A stretch of DNA of 64,000 bases from Phaeosaccion multiseriatum (lineage: Eukaryota > Protista > Ochrophyta, other classes), in NCBI GenBank assembly GCA_965112735.1, contig OZ218960.1, positions 2,356,001 to 2,420,000 on the forward strand. The letters run 5' to 3'. Positions within the stretch are counted from its first letter, which is position 1. Every line of letters begins with the position of its first letter. Both the position numbers and the translations under genes were made by a program. The notes below the pieces were generated by a model. The model did no database searches. It had not been told where the DNA came from and worked only from the letters and a program-made list of their open reading frames with translations. Below are positions 38,473 to 52,247 of the stretch, one piece after another.

Positions 38473-38603
38473 GTGGGTGTGCCCTTCATTCCAAATTCCT
38501 GCTTCGAGTTTTCCTTGTCTTCCTCCGTAGCGGAAGAATGGGGAGCAGGGCTGCTGCTGTACCCTACTTTCTTGGAGGGCGGAGGGGGCATGTCGCTCGG
38601 CAT
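34854..38603 (-). CDS. Aurora-family Ser/Thr kinase; exons 38262-38603, 37572-37717, 36244-36472, 35832-35935, 35145-35222, 34854-34944
   Basis: [89 protein letters not shown] are Aurora signatures. Start codon is a best guess. Confidence 0.95.
35232..35818. repeat. 41-47-bp minisatellite (core GGCAGTACCGAGTGTCAGGACGAGAGAGGG), about 13 copies, filling an Aurora intron
   Basis: Near-identical tandem units in two length variants; no unique spacers. Confidence 0.95.
36608..37555. repeat. ~950-bp polypyrimidine/polypurine compound microsatellite (CCTCCCTTCCTTCTCTCCCTCCGTC-like units) in an Aurora intron
   Basis: Directly visible. Confidence 0.92.
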
Positions 38604-39384
38604 TGCACACACAGACCGGTCGCTGCTGCGATCACACCGAAGGCAATACTAGGCTTCCTTCTTCTGCTGCCTCCCGCGGCTACCGCGCCTACGCAATGCA
38701 AAGGGCCTTTCCGCTCCGCCCTTAGGCACTGCGCTGGCTCGATTCCTCTCTCCAGACTCTTCTGTTCGAATTGGCGGCTACCCCACGAGCTCTGTAGCCT
38801 TCACGCTCTACCACTTCTGGAGCTAGGGGCTGCCACTCGAGGGCTTTCTTTTCCTCTCTCTCCTTTCACACGCTTTTCACTTTTCCCTCTCCTCACCTTT
38901 TGATGGATGTGGCCGTTGGGACTTTATGCGCGACTTTTTGTGTCGAGCAGATCGATTAAATTTCCGTTTGATGGACACCTGCCTGTACTGGTTGAAGAAG
39001 GACTGGGCTTTGACATTGCGATCATTGCTGAAGCCCTTCCCTCTTGAAAGACTACTACCCTTACCCTGAGGCTACTGCTGTGCTACTGAGGAATGGGCAC
39101 AGGAAGCGAGCGGACAGGGAAGACCTGCCAATCGGTCCGTTTTTGGAGGAGAAAGAAAGAGCCCCTCTTGAGTTGAGGCCGCCTCCTTTCGGAAGGCCCT
39201 CTGGTCCTCTCCCCCTGCGTCCCCCGCCCCTCTCGCTGGGCCAGAGAGGGCGAGAGAGAGACACCAACTCAGTAGGAAGTGCTCCACCAGCAGTGATAGC
39301 GGCAGCCGCTGGACCTAAAAGTCAGAGAGGCAGCGGACAGAGGTTGCTGTGTGTCAGCTCCCGCTGGCGGTTAGCAGCTTCTCG

Positions 39385-41337
39385 ATGCAGCGCCTTTGGG
39401 GCCTCAGGAGCAGCAGAAGCCACTGGCTGCGGGGCTGGAGGGCAGTTTCGTATGCTTGTGGGAGTGTCCCACCAGGCAGAAGCAGCGGTGGGGGCCGCGG
39501 AGAGGCAGGTGGCGAAGGTGGCCAGAAAGGAAGCAGGCCACGGCAACAGTACCACTTGGTGTATAGACCCAATCATCAGCGCCCATCGCAAGGAAGCTAT
39601 GGCCGTGTGCCCGGAAAGAGAAGTCTCAGCAGTGCGAACGCTGCTGCGGAAGCGGAAGAAGAAGAAGAAGAATCCTCTGCTTCCACGCGAGGAGGGAAGG
39701 AGGAATCAGCGGCAGGGAACGAGGACAAGACAATAGCAGATGATGGGGGGAAACCAGGAGGATCGACGCCGGTCCCCGCAGCCCCGTCTCGCCACATGTA
39801 CACAGGGCGACAAGGGAGGGGGCTCCCCTTCACGAGCAGCCTGCACATGGTGGGGGAGGGGGACTTCCCAGACTGGCCTGTGTACCAAGTGTTGCAGCAA
39901 GACGGCACGCTCTGTGCAGGTACGTACAACGAGAGTGCGACGTGCATGTATGCTACATACGTATGTGTGTGTGTGTGTGTGTCAGGGCCTTCAACCAGGG
40001 CCAGCTCGTGTGCCGTGCTACTCCATGAGTAGTGCCACGCAACAAAGCCGATCCTGTCCTGGCCTATGGCCGCAGCGCCAGCGGAGACACCACACTGCCC
40101 TGAGACCGAAGCTTGACCCCCCCTCCCCCCTCCGTCCTCTCTCCCTCTATTTCTCTCCCTCCCTCCCTCCCTCCCTCCCTCCCTCCGTCCCTCCCTCCCT
40201 CCCTCCCTCCCTCCCCTCCCCTTTAACTAGCAGGAGCGGAGGAGCCGGCAACGATGGACAAGGCGCTGGCCATGCGCATTTACGAGCATATGGTGAGGAG
40301 AGGAGTAGACCCAGCTACCACCTCCATCCGCGCCGCATTTGTTAGTTGTATACCGACTGCTGCTGCATGGCCGACTGCTGTATCACCAACTGTCCCACAC
40401 CGCCCCCCCCCCCACCCCCCACTGTCTCACAGATTCGACTGCGTGAGATGGATACAGTCTTCTACAACGCACAGAGGCAAGGACGCATTTCATTCTACAT
40501 GACCTCGGGGGGGGAGGAGGGCTTACAGATGGCAGCAGCAGCAGCCTTGGACCAAGGGGACACCGTTTTTGGGCAGTACCGGGAGGTGAGGGAGGGGAGC
40601 GGAGCGGAGGGGAGGGGGGGAGAGGGTGAGAGGGTGAGAGGGAGGGAGGAAGGGGAGGGGAGGGGAGAGGGAGGGAGGCAGAGAAGGAAAGGGGGAGGAA
40701 GGAGGGATGAAGGAAGGAAGGAAGGAAGAAAGGAAGGGTTACCTCAGCTCTTCCCCCTCCTCCTCCTCCTCCTCCTCCTCCTTCAGGCGGGTCTACTAAT
40801 GTGGCGTGGCTTCTCCCTTCCCGAGGTGGCCGATCAGCTCTTCTCCAACTGCGATGATTTGGGCAAGGGCAGGCAGATGCCCATGCACTTCGGGAGCAGG
40901 GCCTTGAGGTGAGGACGCTTACGTACGTACACACACGAATATACACACACCAACACACCCCTCCCTCTGTATCACCAACTCCCTCCCTCCCTCCCTCCCT
41001 CTGTAGGTATCACACTATCTCCTCTCCGCTGGCCACACAAATTCCTCACGCAGTCGGGGCAGCCTATGCCAACAAAATCGCAGGGGAGGAGCAGGTGCGG
41101 GGGGGGGGCGAGGGAGAGAGGGGGAGGTGGATGGGAGGGGGGGGGGGCGAGGGAGGGAGGGGGGAGGGAAACCGCCGTCGGCATACGCATTGATTCCTTC
41201 CTTCGTCTGTCTGTGCTCAAGGCATTGCTTCCTCGGAGTGTTGTCTTTTCATCAGCACCCCCCCCCCTCTTTCTTCTTCCTCCCCCTTCTCGCCCTCCCC
41301 CCCCCTTCCTCCCCCTCCCCTTCTCCCCCGCCCTTCC

Positions 41338-41372
<35 letters not shown>

Positions 41373-43587
41373 CCCTTCCTCCTCCTCCCCTTCCTCCTCC
41401 TCCCCTTCCTCCTCCCTCCCGCCCCCCCAAAGGCCGTCATCTGCTTCTTTGGCGAGGGGGCCGCGAGCGAGGGGGACTTTCATGCCGCACTAAACTTTGC
41501 AGCCACAACTGAGGCCCCTGTCATTTTCTTCTGTCGCAACAACGGTTACGCCATCTCCACGCCAGCGGAGGAGCAGTACAGAGGTCGGTGGGAGGGAGGA
41601 GGGGGGGGATGGGGGGGGAGGGAGGGAGAGAGGGAGGGAGAGAGGGAAGGGGAGGGAGGGACGGAGGAAGGGAAGGAGAGATGAAGGGGAGGGAGGGAGG
41701 GAGGGAGGGAGGGAGGGAGAGAGGGAGGGAGAGAGGGAAGGGGAGGGAGGGACGGAGGAAGGGAAGGAGAGAGGGAGGGAGAGGGGGAGGAGGAGGGGGG
41801 AGGGGGGAGGGACGGAGGGAGGGAGGGAGGGGGAGAGGGAGAGAAGGGGAGGGAGAGAGGGAGGGAGGGAGAGAGGGAGGGAGAGAGGGAAGGGGAGGGA
41901 GGGAGAGAGGGAAGGAGGGAGGAAGGGAGGAGCACCGGCGGTCACCATTGGTGACAGAAACAAACACAGCTTGCGAAATCAAATGCATCAGCCCGTGCCA
42001 ACAAACCACCGATGTCCCCTCGCCCCCCCTCGTTCCCCCTCCCTCCCTCCCTCTCTCCCTCCCTCCCTCCCTCCCTCCCTCCCTCCCTCCTTCCCTCCCT
42101 CCCTCCCTCCCTCCCTCCCTCCCTCCTCCCTCCTCAGGCGACGGAATTGTGTCTCGGGCTCCTGGCTATGGGCTGCCCGGCATACGAGTGGACGGTAACG
42201 ACCCTCTTGCCGTGTTCAACGCCGTCGGAGAGGCCCGGCGGATGGCAGTGGAAGAGCATCAGCCCGTGCTGATTGAGGCCATGACATATCGGGTTGGGCA
42301 CCACAGGTGAGGGAGGGAGGGTAGGCGGGTGGGTAGTAAGTCAATGGGTGGGTGGGTGGGTGGGTGGGTGGGTGGGTGGGTGAGGGTATGGGTGGTGGTA
42401 AGTCAATGGGCCAAGGGTCAAGTGAGTGACTGATTGAGTGACGTGTCTTCGTCTGTGCCGTGCTATGGTACGGTGGAGATGAGAAGTGACTCGATGCACC
42501 TCCTGCCCCCCCCCCTCCACTCTCTCTCTTATTCACTCACTCACTCACTCACTCACTCACTCCCTCCCTCACTCACTCACTCACTCACTCACTCATTCAT
42601 TCACTCCTTCATTCACTCACTCATTCACTCACTCACTCACTCACTTCACTCACTCACTCACTCACTCACTTCACTCACTCATTCACTCACTCACCACACT
42701 CACTCACTCGCTCACTCACTCACTCGCTCACTCACTCACTCACTCACTCACTCACTCACTCACTCACTCATTCACTCACTCATTCACTCACTCATTCACT
42801 TACTCACTCACTCACTCACTCACTCACTCACTCATTCACTCATTCACTCACTCATTCACTCACTCACTCACTCACTCAGTCACTCACTCACTCACTCACT
42901 CACTCACTCACTCCATCACTCACTCACACACTCCCTTACTCAACTCCCTCCCTCCCTCCCTCCCTCCCTCCCTCCCTCCCTCCCTCCCTCCCTCCCTCCA
43001 TCACTCACTCACTCACTCAACTCCCTCCCTCCCTCCCTCCCTCCCTCCCTCAGCACATCTGACGATTGGTCCCGCTATCGGCCCAAGAGCGAAGTGGAGC
43101 AATGGCAGCAGCACGCTTGCCCCCTCCAGCGCTTCAAGGCCTTCCTCCTGGCCAAGGGGTGGTGGGACGAGGGAAGGGATGTCAAGCTCAGGGACACAGA
43201 GCGTATCAACGTCATCAGGTGAGGGAGCAGTAAGTCAAGGGGTGTGTGTGTGAGTGAGTACTATGTCAATTATTCTGGGGCTGAGTGAGTGGCTGCGTGA
43301 GGGGTTAGAGAGTGAGCGAGTGAGTGGATGGAAGAGTGAGGGGGTGTGAGTGAGTGAGTGAGTGAGTGAGTGAGTGAGTGAGTGAGTGAGTGTGCGTGTG
43401 TATTTATGACTCCCTCACCCTCACCCTCCCCCCCCTTAGGGCCTTGGAGGAGGCGGAGGCCAAGAAGAAGCCCCCTCTGTCCTCCCTGTTCGAGGAGGTG
43501 TATTCCGTCATGCCTCCCGCCCTGAGCGAGCAGAGGGACCACCTCATGAAGCACATCGCAAAGTACCCACACAAGTACCCACACTGA
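39385..43587 (+). CDS. BCKDHA: Branched-chain 2-oxoacid dehydrogenase E1 alpha subunit, mitochondrial; 9 exons (39385-39919, ~40231-40292, 40433-40585, 40787-40908, 41007-41094, 41433-41583, 42138-42306, 43054-43218, 43440-43587)
   Basis: [49 protein letters not shown] motif [13 protein letters not shown]...[19 protein letters not shown] phosphorylation loop; Arg-rich N-terminal transit-like peptide. Confidence 0.96.
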
Positions 43588-44063
43588 CGCACTAAGTGCC
43601 CCACACAAGTACCCACACTGACGCAATAAGGCACGAAGGCACTTAGGCACTGAGAGCACTGAGGGTCTCATGGCTTAGCTACTCATGGGGTGTAGCTACT
43701 GAGGGCTTCATGGCTGAGCTACTCATGGGGTCTAGCTACAGTACTGAGGCACTGAGGGGCTGGACATGATGGCTTCGCTACTGAGGGTCTGGGAAATGAT
43801 TGCCTCTAGTGGGGACCTCTTGGCTACTGATAGCCACCATGGAACAAAGTAGACACTTCAAGGCACTGAGGGCATAGCTGCTACTGAGATGCCTGTCTGC
43901 TGACGGCTCAGCTACCGTGAGCTTAGCCCACAACCCACCACTAGCCCGGCCATCAGTGGCAGGGTCCTCTGTTGCTTGACCCTTACAAGCCTGGCCATCG
44001 GCAGAGGGAATGTGCGGTGGTGCGTGAGGAGGGCGCATGGATGGTGTTGGAGGTGGGGGTAGG

Positions 44064-44101
<38 letters not shown>

Positions 44102-44133
44102 GGGGAGAGAGAGAGAGAGAGAGGGAGAGGGGG

Positions 44134-44164
<31 letters not shown>

Positions 44165-44168
44165 CAGG

Positions 44169-44219
<51 letters not shown>

Positions 44220-45054
44220 AGGAAGAGAGAGAGAGAGAGGGAGAGGGAGAGGGAGAGAGAGAGCCGACCGCCAGCGCCAGCGGAGGCAGAGGGGACGAAG
44301 GGCCCCCCCGGGCAAGCCCTTGCCTTCTTTGCTTCGCCTCTCTCTCTCTCTGCCTCTTCTCTTGCATGCGCGGCGGAGGGGGGGAAGGCTTACTTGTTAC
44401 CACAGGGGCTTACCACACACCACACGCGGGACGGGAAATGGGGTGAACAAAGTGTAACATATGGAGTGTGGTTGGGGTGAACAAATTATACCCAAAAAGG
44501 AGTGTAGATACTGTACTAGTGGATACTTATGGATACGTGTGTGTATGTGGAATGGTTGATTGTAAACAAAGCACAGCCCTTGGCCTTGTAAATAGTATAC
44601 GGCTGCACTGACTGTAAGTTATGTATGTACTTCGAAGTATTATGTATGTATGTATATAACATACCTCGCCTGCAGGTACTCTTTCACGTCATGTCATACG
44701 ACAAAGACTGATACCCCCAAACTTCTCCTTGTTGAGTGGGCAAGGCAAGGAAGGAAACCCCTGCCTCCCTGAGCACTCTCTCCATCTGTCTCTCCATCTA
44801 CTTCATCTGTCTCTCCATCTACTTCATCTGTCTCTCCAGATGCACACCCACAGGCATCTTCCGCTCTATCCCGACACCCATCACCCCCCCCCCCCTTGCC
44901 CTGTCAGTAGGCCCTTCGCAGTCGGGGGTGAGTAAGTCAGTAAGTCAGTTCGTCAGTTCGTCAATTCGTCAGTTCGTCAGTTCAGAAGGGCGTGGCTGGG
45001 TGGGGGTGCGTAAGTCACCAAGGAAGAAGGGTGCACACCACTGTTGTCGTCCTG

Positions 45055-48000
45055 TCACTCCGCAGGGGTGTGCGCTCCCTCCCCCTCTGCCACAAGTCGC
45101 ACAAAGAACTCTGCTGTTGTCTGGCCCTGAGGGGAGGGGGGGGGGAGGAGAGAGGGTGAGATGGCAGTGGATTGGTGGAGGAAGGAAGCAGAGAAACAAC
45201 ACACAACAAACACCCCCCAAAGTAGAGACAAGACACCCCCAAGCCAATGACTGCTGTATCACTCACTCACTCACTCACGTACTCACTCACTCATGCACTC
45301 ACTCCTCCCTCCCTCACTCCCTCCCTCCCTCACTCCCTCCCTCACTCCCTCCCTTCCTCCCTCACTCCCTCCCTCCTCCCTCACTCACTCCCTCCCTCCC
45401 TCCCTCCCTCCCTCCCTCCCTCCCTCCCTCCCTCCCTCCCTTCCTCCCCCCCTCCCTCCCTCCCTCCCTCCCTCCCTCCCCTCCCTCCCTCAGGCCCTCA
45501 CCATGGTGCAGCAGAACCTTGTCGGGTGCATTTGCATGAAGAGGTTGAGCCCCCCAAAGTGCTTCTTGAGCGTGACAAGCGCTGTGGATGCGCTGCCGGG
45601 GATACTCCTATTCGCGAGGAAGCGTCCCACATCTCGGGAGCTCACCTGAGCACATGAGTGAGTCAGTCAGTCAGGAGTAAGGCAGTGACTGAGCCAGTCA
45701 GGAGTAAGTCAGTGAGTGAGTCAGTCAGGAGTAAGCCAGTAAACAGTCCGTCAGTCGATAGAGAATGCGCAGGGGAGGGAAGGCGTGGTTTCTCTCCCTC
45801 GTCTCCCTCTCTCGCTCCTTCCCTCCCTCCCTCCCTCCCTCCCTCCCTCCTCCCTCCCTCCCTGCCTACCTCCCTCCCTCACTCCCTCCCTCCCTCCCTC
45901 CTCCCCCTTCCCTCCTTCCCTCTCTCGCTCGTCACTCCACTCACCGTGCCACCGACTCTGCCGATGTAGTCCTCTACCATCTCGAACAGGGCCTTCGAGA
46001 CCTCGGCACTGCGCAGAGAGATTGAGAGGCCGTTCAGACAGAGAGAGGGTTAGGATGGGGGGGGGGGGGAGACAGATAGAAGAGAGAGAGAGCGACAAGA
46101 GAGAGAGACAGAGAGGGAAAGAGAGAGAAAAGGGGGTGGGGGAGGAGATGAGAGAGGAGAGAAACAAAGAGAGACAGAGAGGGGAGAGAGACACACAGAG
46201 ACGAGGGCAGATGGGAAGGGGAAGGAAGGGCATAAATCTCCCATCTCCTCCATTGCCATCCCCCCTCCATCCATTGCCATCCTCCCTCCATCCATTGCCA
46301 TCCTCCGCTCAACCAGCGGTCTCTCCTCTGACCCCATCCACTGTCATCCCCCCTCCATCCACTGCCATCCTCCCTCCATCCCCTGCCATCCTCCCTCCTT
46401 CCACTGCCATCCTCCCTCCCTCCTCCATCCACTGCCATCCTCCCTCCCTCCTCCATCCACTGCCATCCTCCCTCCCTCCATCCACTGCCGTTCCCTCCCT
46501 CCCTCCACAAAAACCGACCCTGAACACCGACCTTCGAGTGTTTTGCGAGGGTGTTTGAGTGGTGGAGGTGGATACCAAAGAGGAGGAGCCAGAGCCCGCC
46601 CCCCCCCTTTTCCCACCCACGTCGCCCCCTATGCGCGAGAAGCCCGGCGTGGCAAGCACCCTCTTGAGCCGCTCCTGGGGGTCCTGTGCTTGTGGTGCTT
46701 GTGGTGGTGAGTGTGCTTGTTCATCGCTGCTGTCCACTCCCTCCCCAACCTCACTACCACCCTCGTCTTCGCTCTCTTCGTGCTGCAGCTGCTGCTGCTG
46801 GTAGTGGTGGTGGTGGTGGTGGTGGTGGTGATGGTGATGGGTCATGGGTCGGGATGGTGACGGTGATGGTGGTGGTGTTTGAGAAAGACGGAACGCACAG
46901 GAAAGGGGGGCGGGAAGCGCACGGTGTCAACAACGGGTACAGGCCTCCTCCCACCTCTCCACCCCCTCCCTCCCTCCCTCTCTCCTCCCCCTCCCTCCCT
47001 CCCTCCCTCCCTCCCTCCCTCCCTCCCTCCCTCCCTCCCTCCCTCTCCCCCTCCCCACCCCCCCCTCTTCCCTCCTTCCCTCCTCTGTCCCTCCCCCCCT
47101 CCCCCTCCCCCCCATAAGTCACACAAGTCACTCACTCACCCTCCTGTCCATCAGCCGCTCTATTAAGTCTCCCTTCTTGCCCGTCACAGGGAGTCCCTCT
47201 GCCTTGAGCAACTCCTTGAGCGACACGACTTTCAAAGCCTTCAACGCCTGCTCTCTCAAACGAGTCAAACGACGGGGGGGGACACCGGGGGGGGACCGCA
47301 GGGGGTGATGCACCCGGGGAGTAATTGATGCCCGGGAGAGAGAGAGGGGGGGGGGGGTGGGGACGCAAAGGGGGGATGCGATTGATGAGGCAGCAGCTAA
47401 AAGGGCTGGCAAGGGGCAAAGGCTCGCAGCATGGCAGCGCAGCATCACAGCAGCCACAGCAGCACTTGGTGATACAGCGTTAGAAGTTGGGCATTGCAAC
47501 GACTCTCGGCACAAGAAGGTGTTAGCACGCGCCCCCCTCCCCCTTGTATCACCAACACGCCACCCATCGTACCTGCAAGTCCTCCTCTCGCATCGCCTCA
47601 TCAATCTCGCCCCCCCTGCCCCCCTCTATACCCCCCTCTACGCCCCTCCCGCCCCCCGCCGCCCCCTCCAGCGCAGCCCCCGTTGGGAAGTCTCCTACTC
47701 CTCCGCCCCCCCCCCCCCCCGCTCCCCCCGCCCCCCCCGCCCCCAAGCCAATCTTGGCGCTCATCATGGAGCTGCTATCGTCTGAAAGAAGAACAAGGAA
47801 TTCATACTCGCCGGGCTTGGTCCTGAGGAGTGTTAACGTTAAAAAGGGAGTGTGTTAATGGTCCTTTAATGGTCCGAAGGAGTGTTACGAGGGGGTGTGT
47901 TTAATGGTCCTGGGGAGCGTTAACGTTCAGAAGGGGGTGTAAATGGTCCTGATGAGTGTTGAAAGGGAAAGGGAGTGCGTTGAGAAGGGGCATGAAGGTG

Positions 48001-48648
48001 AAAAGGGGGGCAGTGGGGGGGCACCCATACAGTGAGGGAGTGAGTTTGTGAGTGAGTGAGTGAATGAGTGGGTGGGTGAGTGAGTGGGTGAGGGAGTGAA
48101 TGAGTGAGTGAGAGGAGGGTGTGAGTGAATGATTGAGGGAGTGAGTTTGTGAGTGAGTGAGTGAGTGAATGAGTGGATGGGTGAGTGAGTGAATGAGTGG
48201 GTGGGCGAGTGAGTGGGTGAGGGAGTGAATGAGTGGGTGGGTGAGTGCGGGAGTGAGTGAGTGAGTGAGTGAGTGAGTGAGGGAGCGAGTGAGTGAGTGA
48301 GGGAGTGAGTGGGTGAGTGAGTGGGTGAGTTAGTTAGTGAGTGGGTGAGTGAATGAGTGTGTGACGCAGGCAGTACGTAGGCAGTACGTAGGCATCCATA
48401 CAGTGCATATCGTACGTAGGTAGGCATACACTAGTACGTAGGAAGGCATACATAGGCATACATAAGCAAGACCCCAAGCCTTGAAGCTGAGGCTAACATA
48501 CCTAAACTCGAACTCCTCCTGCCCGTAGTCCTCTAAAAAGCCCCGAAGGGTGCCTGCTTGCTTCTTGATGAGGTTGAGAGCGCTCTTGCCCTCCACAAGG
48601 AGGGCCTGCAGCTCCCTCCCAAGGTCTCGAGAGCTGAGTAGAGGGAGG

Positions 48649-48689
<41 letters not shown>

Positions 48690-50871
48690 GGATAGGGAGA
48701 GAGAAAGTCAGAGAGAGCGCGAGGAAGAGCGTGTGTGTGAGAGAGAAAGAGAGAGAGAAGAGAGAGAGAGAAGAGAGAGAGGGAGGGAGAGAGAGAGAAG
48801 AGAGTGAGAGAGAAAGAGAGAGAGGGAGAGACTCTTTTAATGCACCGGCGCCACACAGGCGCATCGCGTGATTACAGATGGGCAGGGCAGGCAGGGCAGT
48901 TGGTGATACAATCAGGGCACGCAGGGCCACTGAAGGCTGCTCCCCTCCTTTGCCATCTATGACTGAATCACCAACCTCCCAACCTCATGGCCGCCCCTCT
49001 CCATGACTGAATCACCAACCTCATGGCCCCTCCCTTGCTCTCAATGGACGCTGCCACGAACTCCACGAGGCTCTCTGCCATAGAGTCCGACAGCACCGAG
49101 TCAGTGCCGCCAGAGCCATTCGAGTCTTGCTGCCTCCTGGGGGGGGGGGGAGGGGGGCAGGAGAGGTGCATGAACATGCATGTGATGCAGGGGTGTATGG
49201 GTATACGTGGGAACATTGGCAGAGGAGAGGAGGGGGGGGGGGGAGGAGCAGAGCAGAGTTCAGCAGCGGTGTCGTTGCCGGAGGGGGGGGAAGGAGGAGA
49301 GGTAAGGACACGACAGCGACAGCGATACAACAGTGCGAGGACGGCACACTGTAAGGGGACTCACAACTGCTGTCCACTCCTACCAACGCAACACACACAT
49401 ACACACACATATATACACATATACACACACAAATACACACACACACATACACACACACACATACACACACATACACACACACATATACACACACATACAC
49501 ATACACACACACACATACACACACCAACCCATCCCCCCACGCACCCACACCCTGCGGTCCTCGCTGAGCAGCTGAGCTATAGATACGTCGCCCAGCCACC
49601 CACACACGCACCCACACCCATCCACCCACACCCTGCGGTCCTCGCTGAGCAGCTGAGCTATAGATACGTCGCCCAGCCACCCACACACGCACCCACACCC
49701 ATCCACCCACACACGCACCCACACCCATCCACCCACACCCGCCCCGCCCCACCCACTGACTTACTCACCCGCCCGGGTTCTCGCTAAGCAGCTGGTGTAG
49801 ATAGTCGTCCAGCCAGATGATGTCAAGGTCCCTGATGTGGGCAGAGGGGTCGGAGAGGGCCCTGTTGCACGAGTTCTTCATGCTGACCAGGCACACGCGC
49901 TTGCCCTTCTGCCGTGTGCGAGACATGGCCGGCATAAAGTCCTTGTCGCCTGGGGAGAGAGAGGTAGGGAGAGAGAGGAGAGTTGTCACAAGTGACTCAT
50001 CAGCCCTCCAACCCAAACCGGAAAGCTTACCTACCTACCGACACGGAGCCTGCTCCACCAACCAGCCTGCCCACACCCACCCACCCACCCACCCACCCAC
50101 CCACTCACCCACCCATCCACCCATCCACCCAACCCTCCCTGTTTTCTTCTCTTCTAACCTGTGATGAGGACAGCCATGTCATAAGCCTGCGGCACTGTGG
50201 AGTAGTGCAGCATGTCCACAGCCAAGGCGATATCAATGCACTTCTCCTGCAGTCCCACTGTCGTTGCGAGGTGCACGTCAAAGTTCTGATTCTGCATGGC
50301 GCGGAACATTTGGTGACGTACGCTTTCCGTGTGCGTGTCGGCACGGAGGGAGGAGAAGACGTTGGTGCGGACGACCTGGGGGTTAGGAGGGTGGGAGGGG
50401 GAGGGGAGGAGGAGGAGGAAGAAGAAGGAGAAGAAGAAGATGAAGAAGAAGAAGAAGAAGAAGAAGAAGAAGAAGAAGAAGAAGAAGAAGAAGAAGAAGA
50501 AGAAGAAGAAGAAGAAGAAGAAAAAGAAGGAGGAAGAGAAACGGGTGGGCTTAGTCGGAGTGAGAGGGAGGAAAAGAGGTGGTGGAGAGTGGAGGGTGGG
50601 GGGGGGGGTAGAGGGATCACCAACTTATCCACCTTAATAACTCTTTCCATACTAAGTCAGTCAGTCAGTCAGTAATCCATCCACTGCCACCCATCCACCC
50701 ACCCACCTCTACGAATCTATCCTGCTGCTGCTTGACAAGGAGCTGCTGCCTGACTGCCTCGGCAATGATGATGGGGAGCTTTTCCCACAGGACTGTGTAC
50801 TTCCGGTGCCATCTGTTGCCGAAACGCTTGGCGATAGGGCAGCGGTCCCCTCTGCCGAACATACTGAGGAG

Positions 50872-50909
<38 letters not shown>

Positions 50910-52194
50910 AGCGGAGAGAGGAGAGAGAGAGAGAGGAGAGAGAGGAGCGGAGAGAGAGAGAGAGAGAGGGAGAGAGAGAGGAGCGGAGAGAGAGAGAGAG
51001 GAGAGAGAGGAGCGGAGAGAGAGAGAGAGAGAGATGAGAGAGAGAGGGAGAGAGAGAGGAGCGGAGAGAGAGAGAGAGAGAGGGAGGAGCGGAGAGAGGA
51101 GAGAGAGAGAGAGGAGAGAGAGGAGCGGAGAGAGAGAGATGAGAGAGAGAGGGAGAGAGAGGAGCGGAGAGAGAGAGAGGAGAGAGAGGAGCGGAGAGAG
51201 AGAGAGAGATGAGAGAGAGAGGGAGAGAGAGAGGAGCGGAGAGAGAGAGAGGAGAGAGGAGCGGAGAGAGAGAGAGGAGAGAGAGAGGGAAAGGGAGAGA
51301 GAGAGAGGAGAGAGGGAGAGGGAGAGGGAGAGAGGGAGAGAGAGGAGAGAGAGGAGCGGAGAGAGAGAGGAGAGAGAGAGGGAAAGGGAGAGAGAGAGAG
51401 GAGAGAGGGAGAGGGAGAGGGAGAGGGAGAGAGGGAGAGAGAGAGAGGAGAGAGAGAGAGGGGGAGAGAGGAGAGAGAGTGCGAGAGAGAGGGAGAGAGA
51501 GGAGAGAGAGGGAGAGAGGGAGAGGAGAGGAGGAAGAGGAGGAGAGGGAGAGAGGGAGAGAGAGGGAGAGGGAGAGAGAGAGGAGAGAGGGAGAGAGAGA
51601 GGAGAGAGAGAGGAGAGAGGGGGGGAGAGAGGAGAGAGAGAGGAAGAGAGAGAGAGAGAGGGGGAGAGAGGAGAGAGAGAGAAGGAGAGAGAGAGAGGAG
51701 AGAGAGAGAGGGAGATGGAGAGAGGAGCGGAGAGAGAGAGGAGAGAGAGAGGGAGAGAGAGAGAGGAGAGAGAGAGAGGAGAGAGGGAGAGAGAGGAGAG
51801 AGAGGGGGAGAGAGGAGAGAGAGAGGGAGAGAGAGGAGAGAGAGGGAGAGGGCGAGAGAGAGGAGAGGAGGAAGAGAGAGAGAGGAGAGAGAGGGAGAGA
51901 GAATGAGAGAGCAAGGGGGGGGAGAAAAAGGAGAATGTGTGTGTGAGAACAAGAGAGGCAGCAAGGGATGGCAGCCCACAGCACAGCACAGCACAGCAGC
52001 CAATGGCAGTGGATGATGAGCTCGCTGGGGGGGGCGTGCCGGGGAGTGAAGTGGGTGTGGTGTGCTTGTGTGTGGTGGGCTGACAGGCTGACAGGCAGAC
52101 ACACTGCAGGCGGGGGGGGTGGCGAGGCAAGGCACGCACGGTCTCGTCCAGGCAGACGTCATCACAGCACAGAAACCCCATCCCATATGCCTCC

Positions 52195-52247
<53 letters not shown>

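Noticed and set aside
39044-39736. 230-aa ORF overlapping the BCKDHA 5' region
   Set aside because: TTG start, no recognisable motifs, and overlaps the real first exon in another frame.
39385-43587. BCKDH E1-alpha as supplier of branched starter units for the PKS cluster
   Set aside because: Housekeeping mitochondrial enzyme separated from the PKS by unrelated genes; no evidence of a functional link.
43560-43790. Short duplications after the BCKDHA stop (CCACACAAGTACCCACACTGACGCA x2; GCTACTCATGGGG x2)
   Set aside because: Local slippage duplications in the 3' UTR; no terminal repeats or coding capacity indicating a mobile element.
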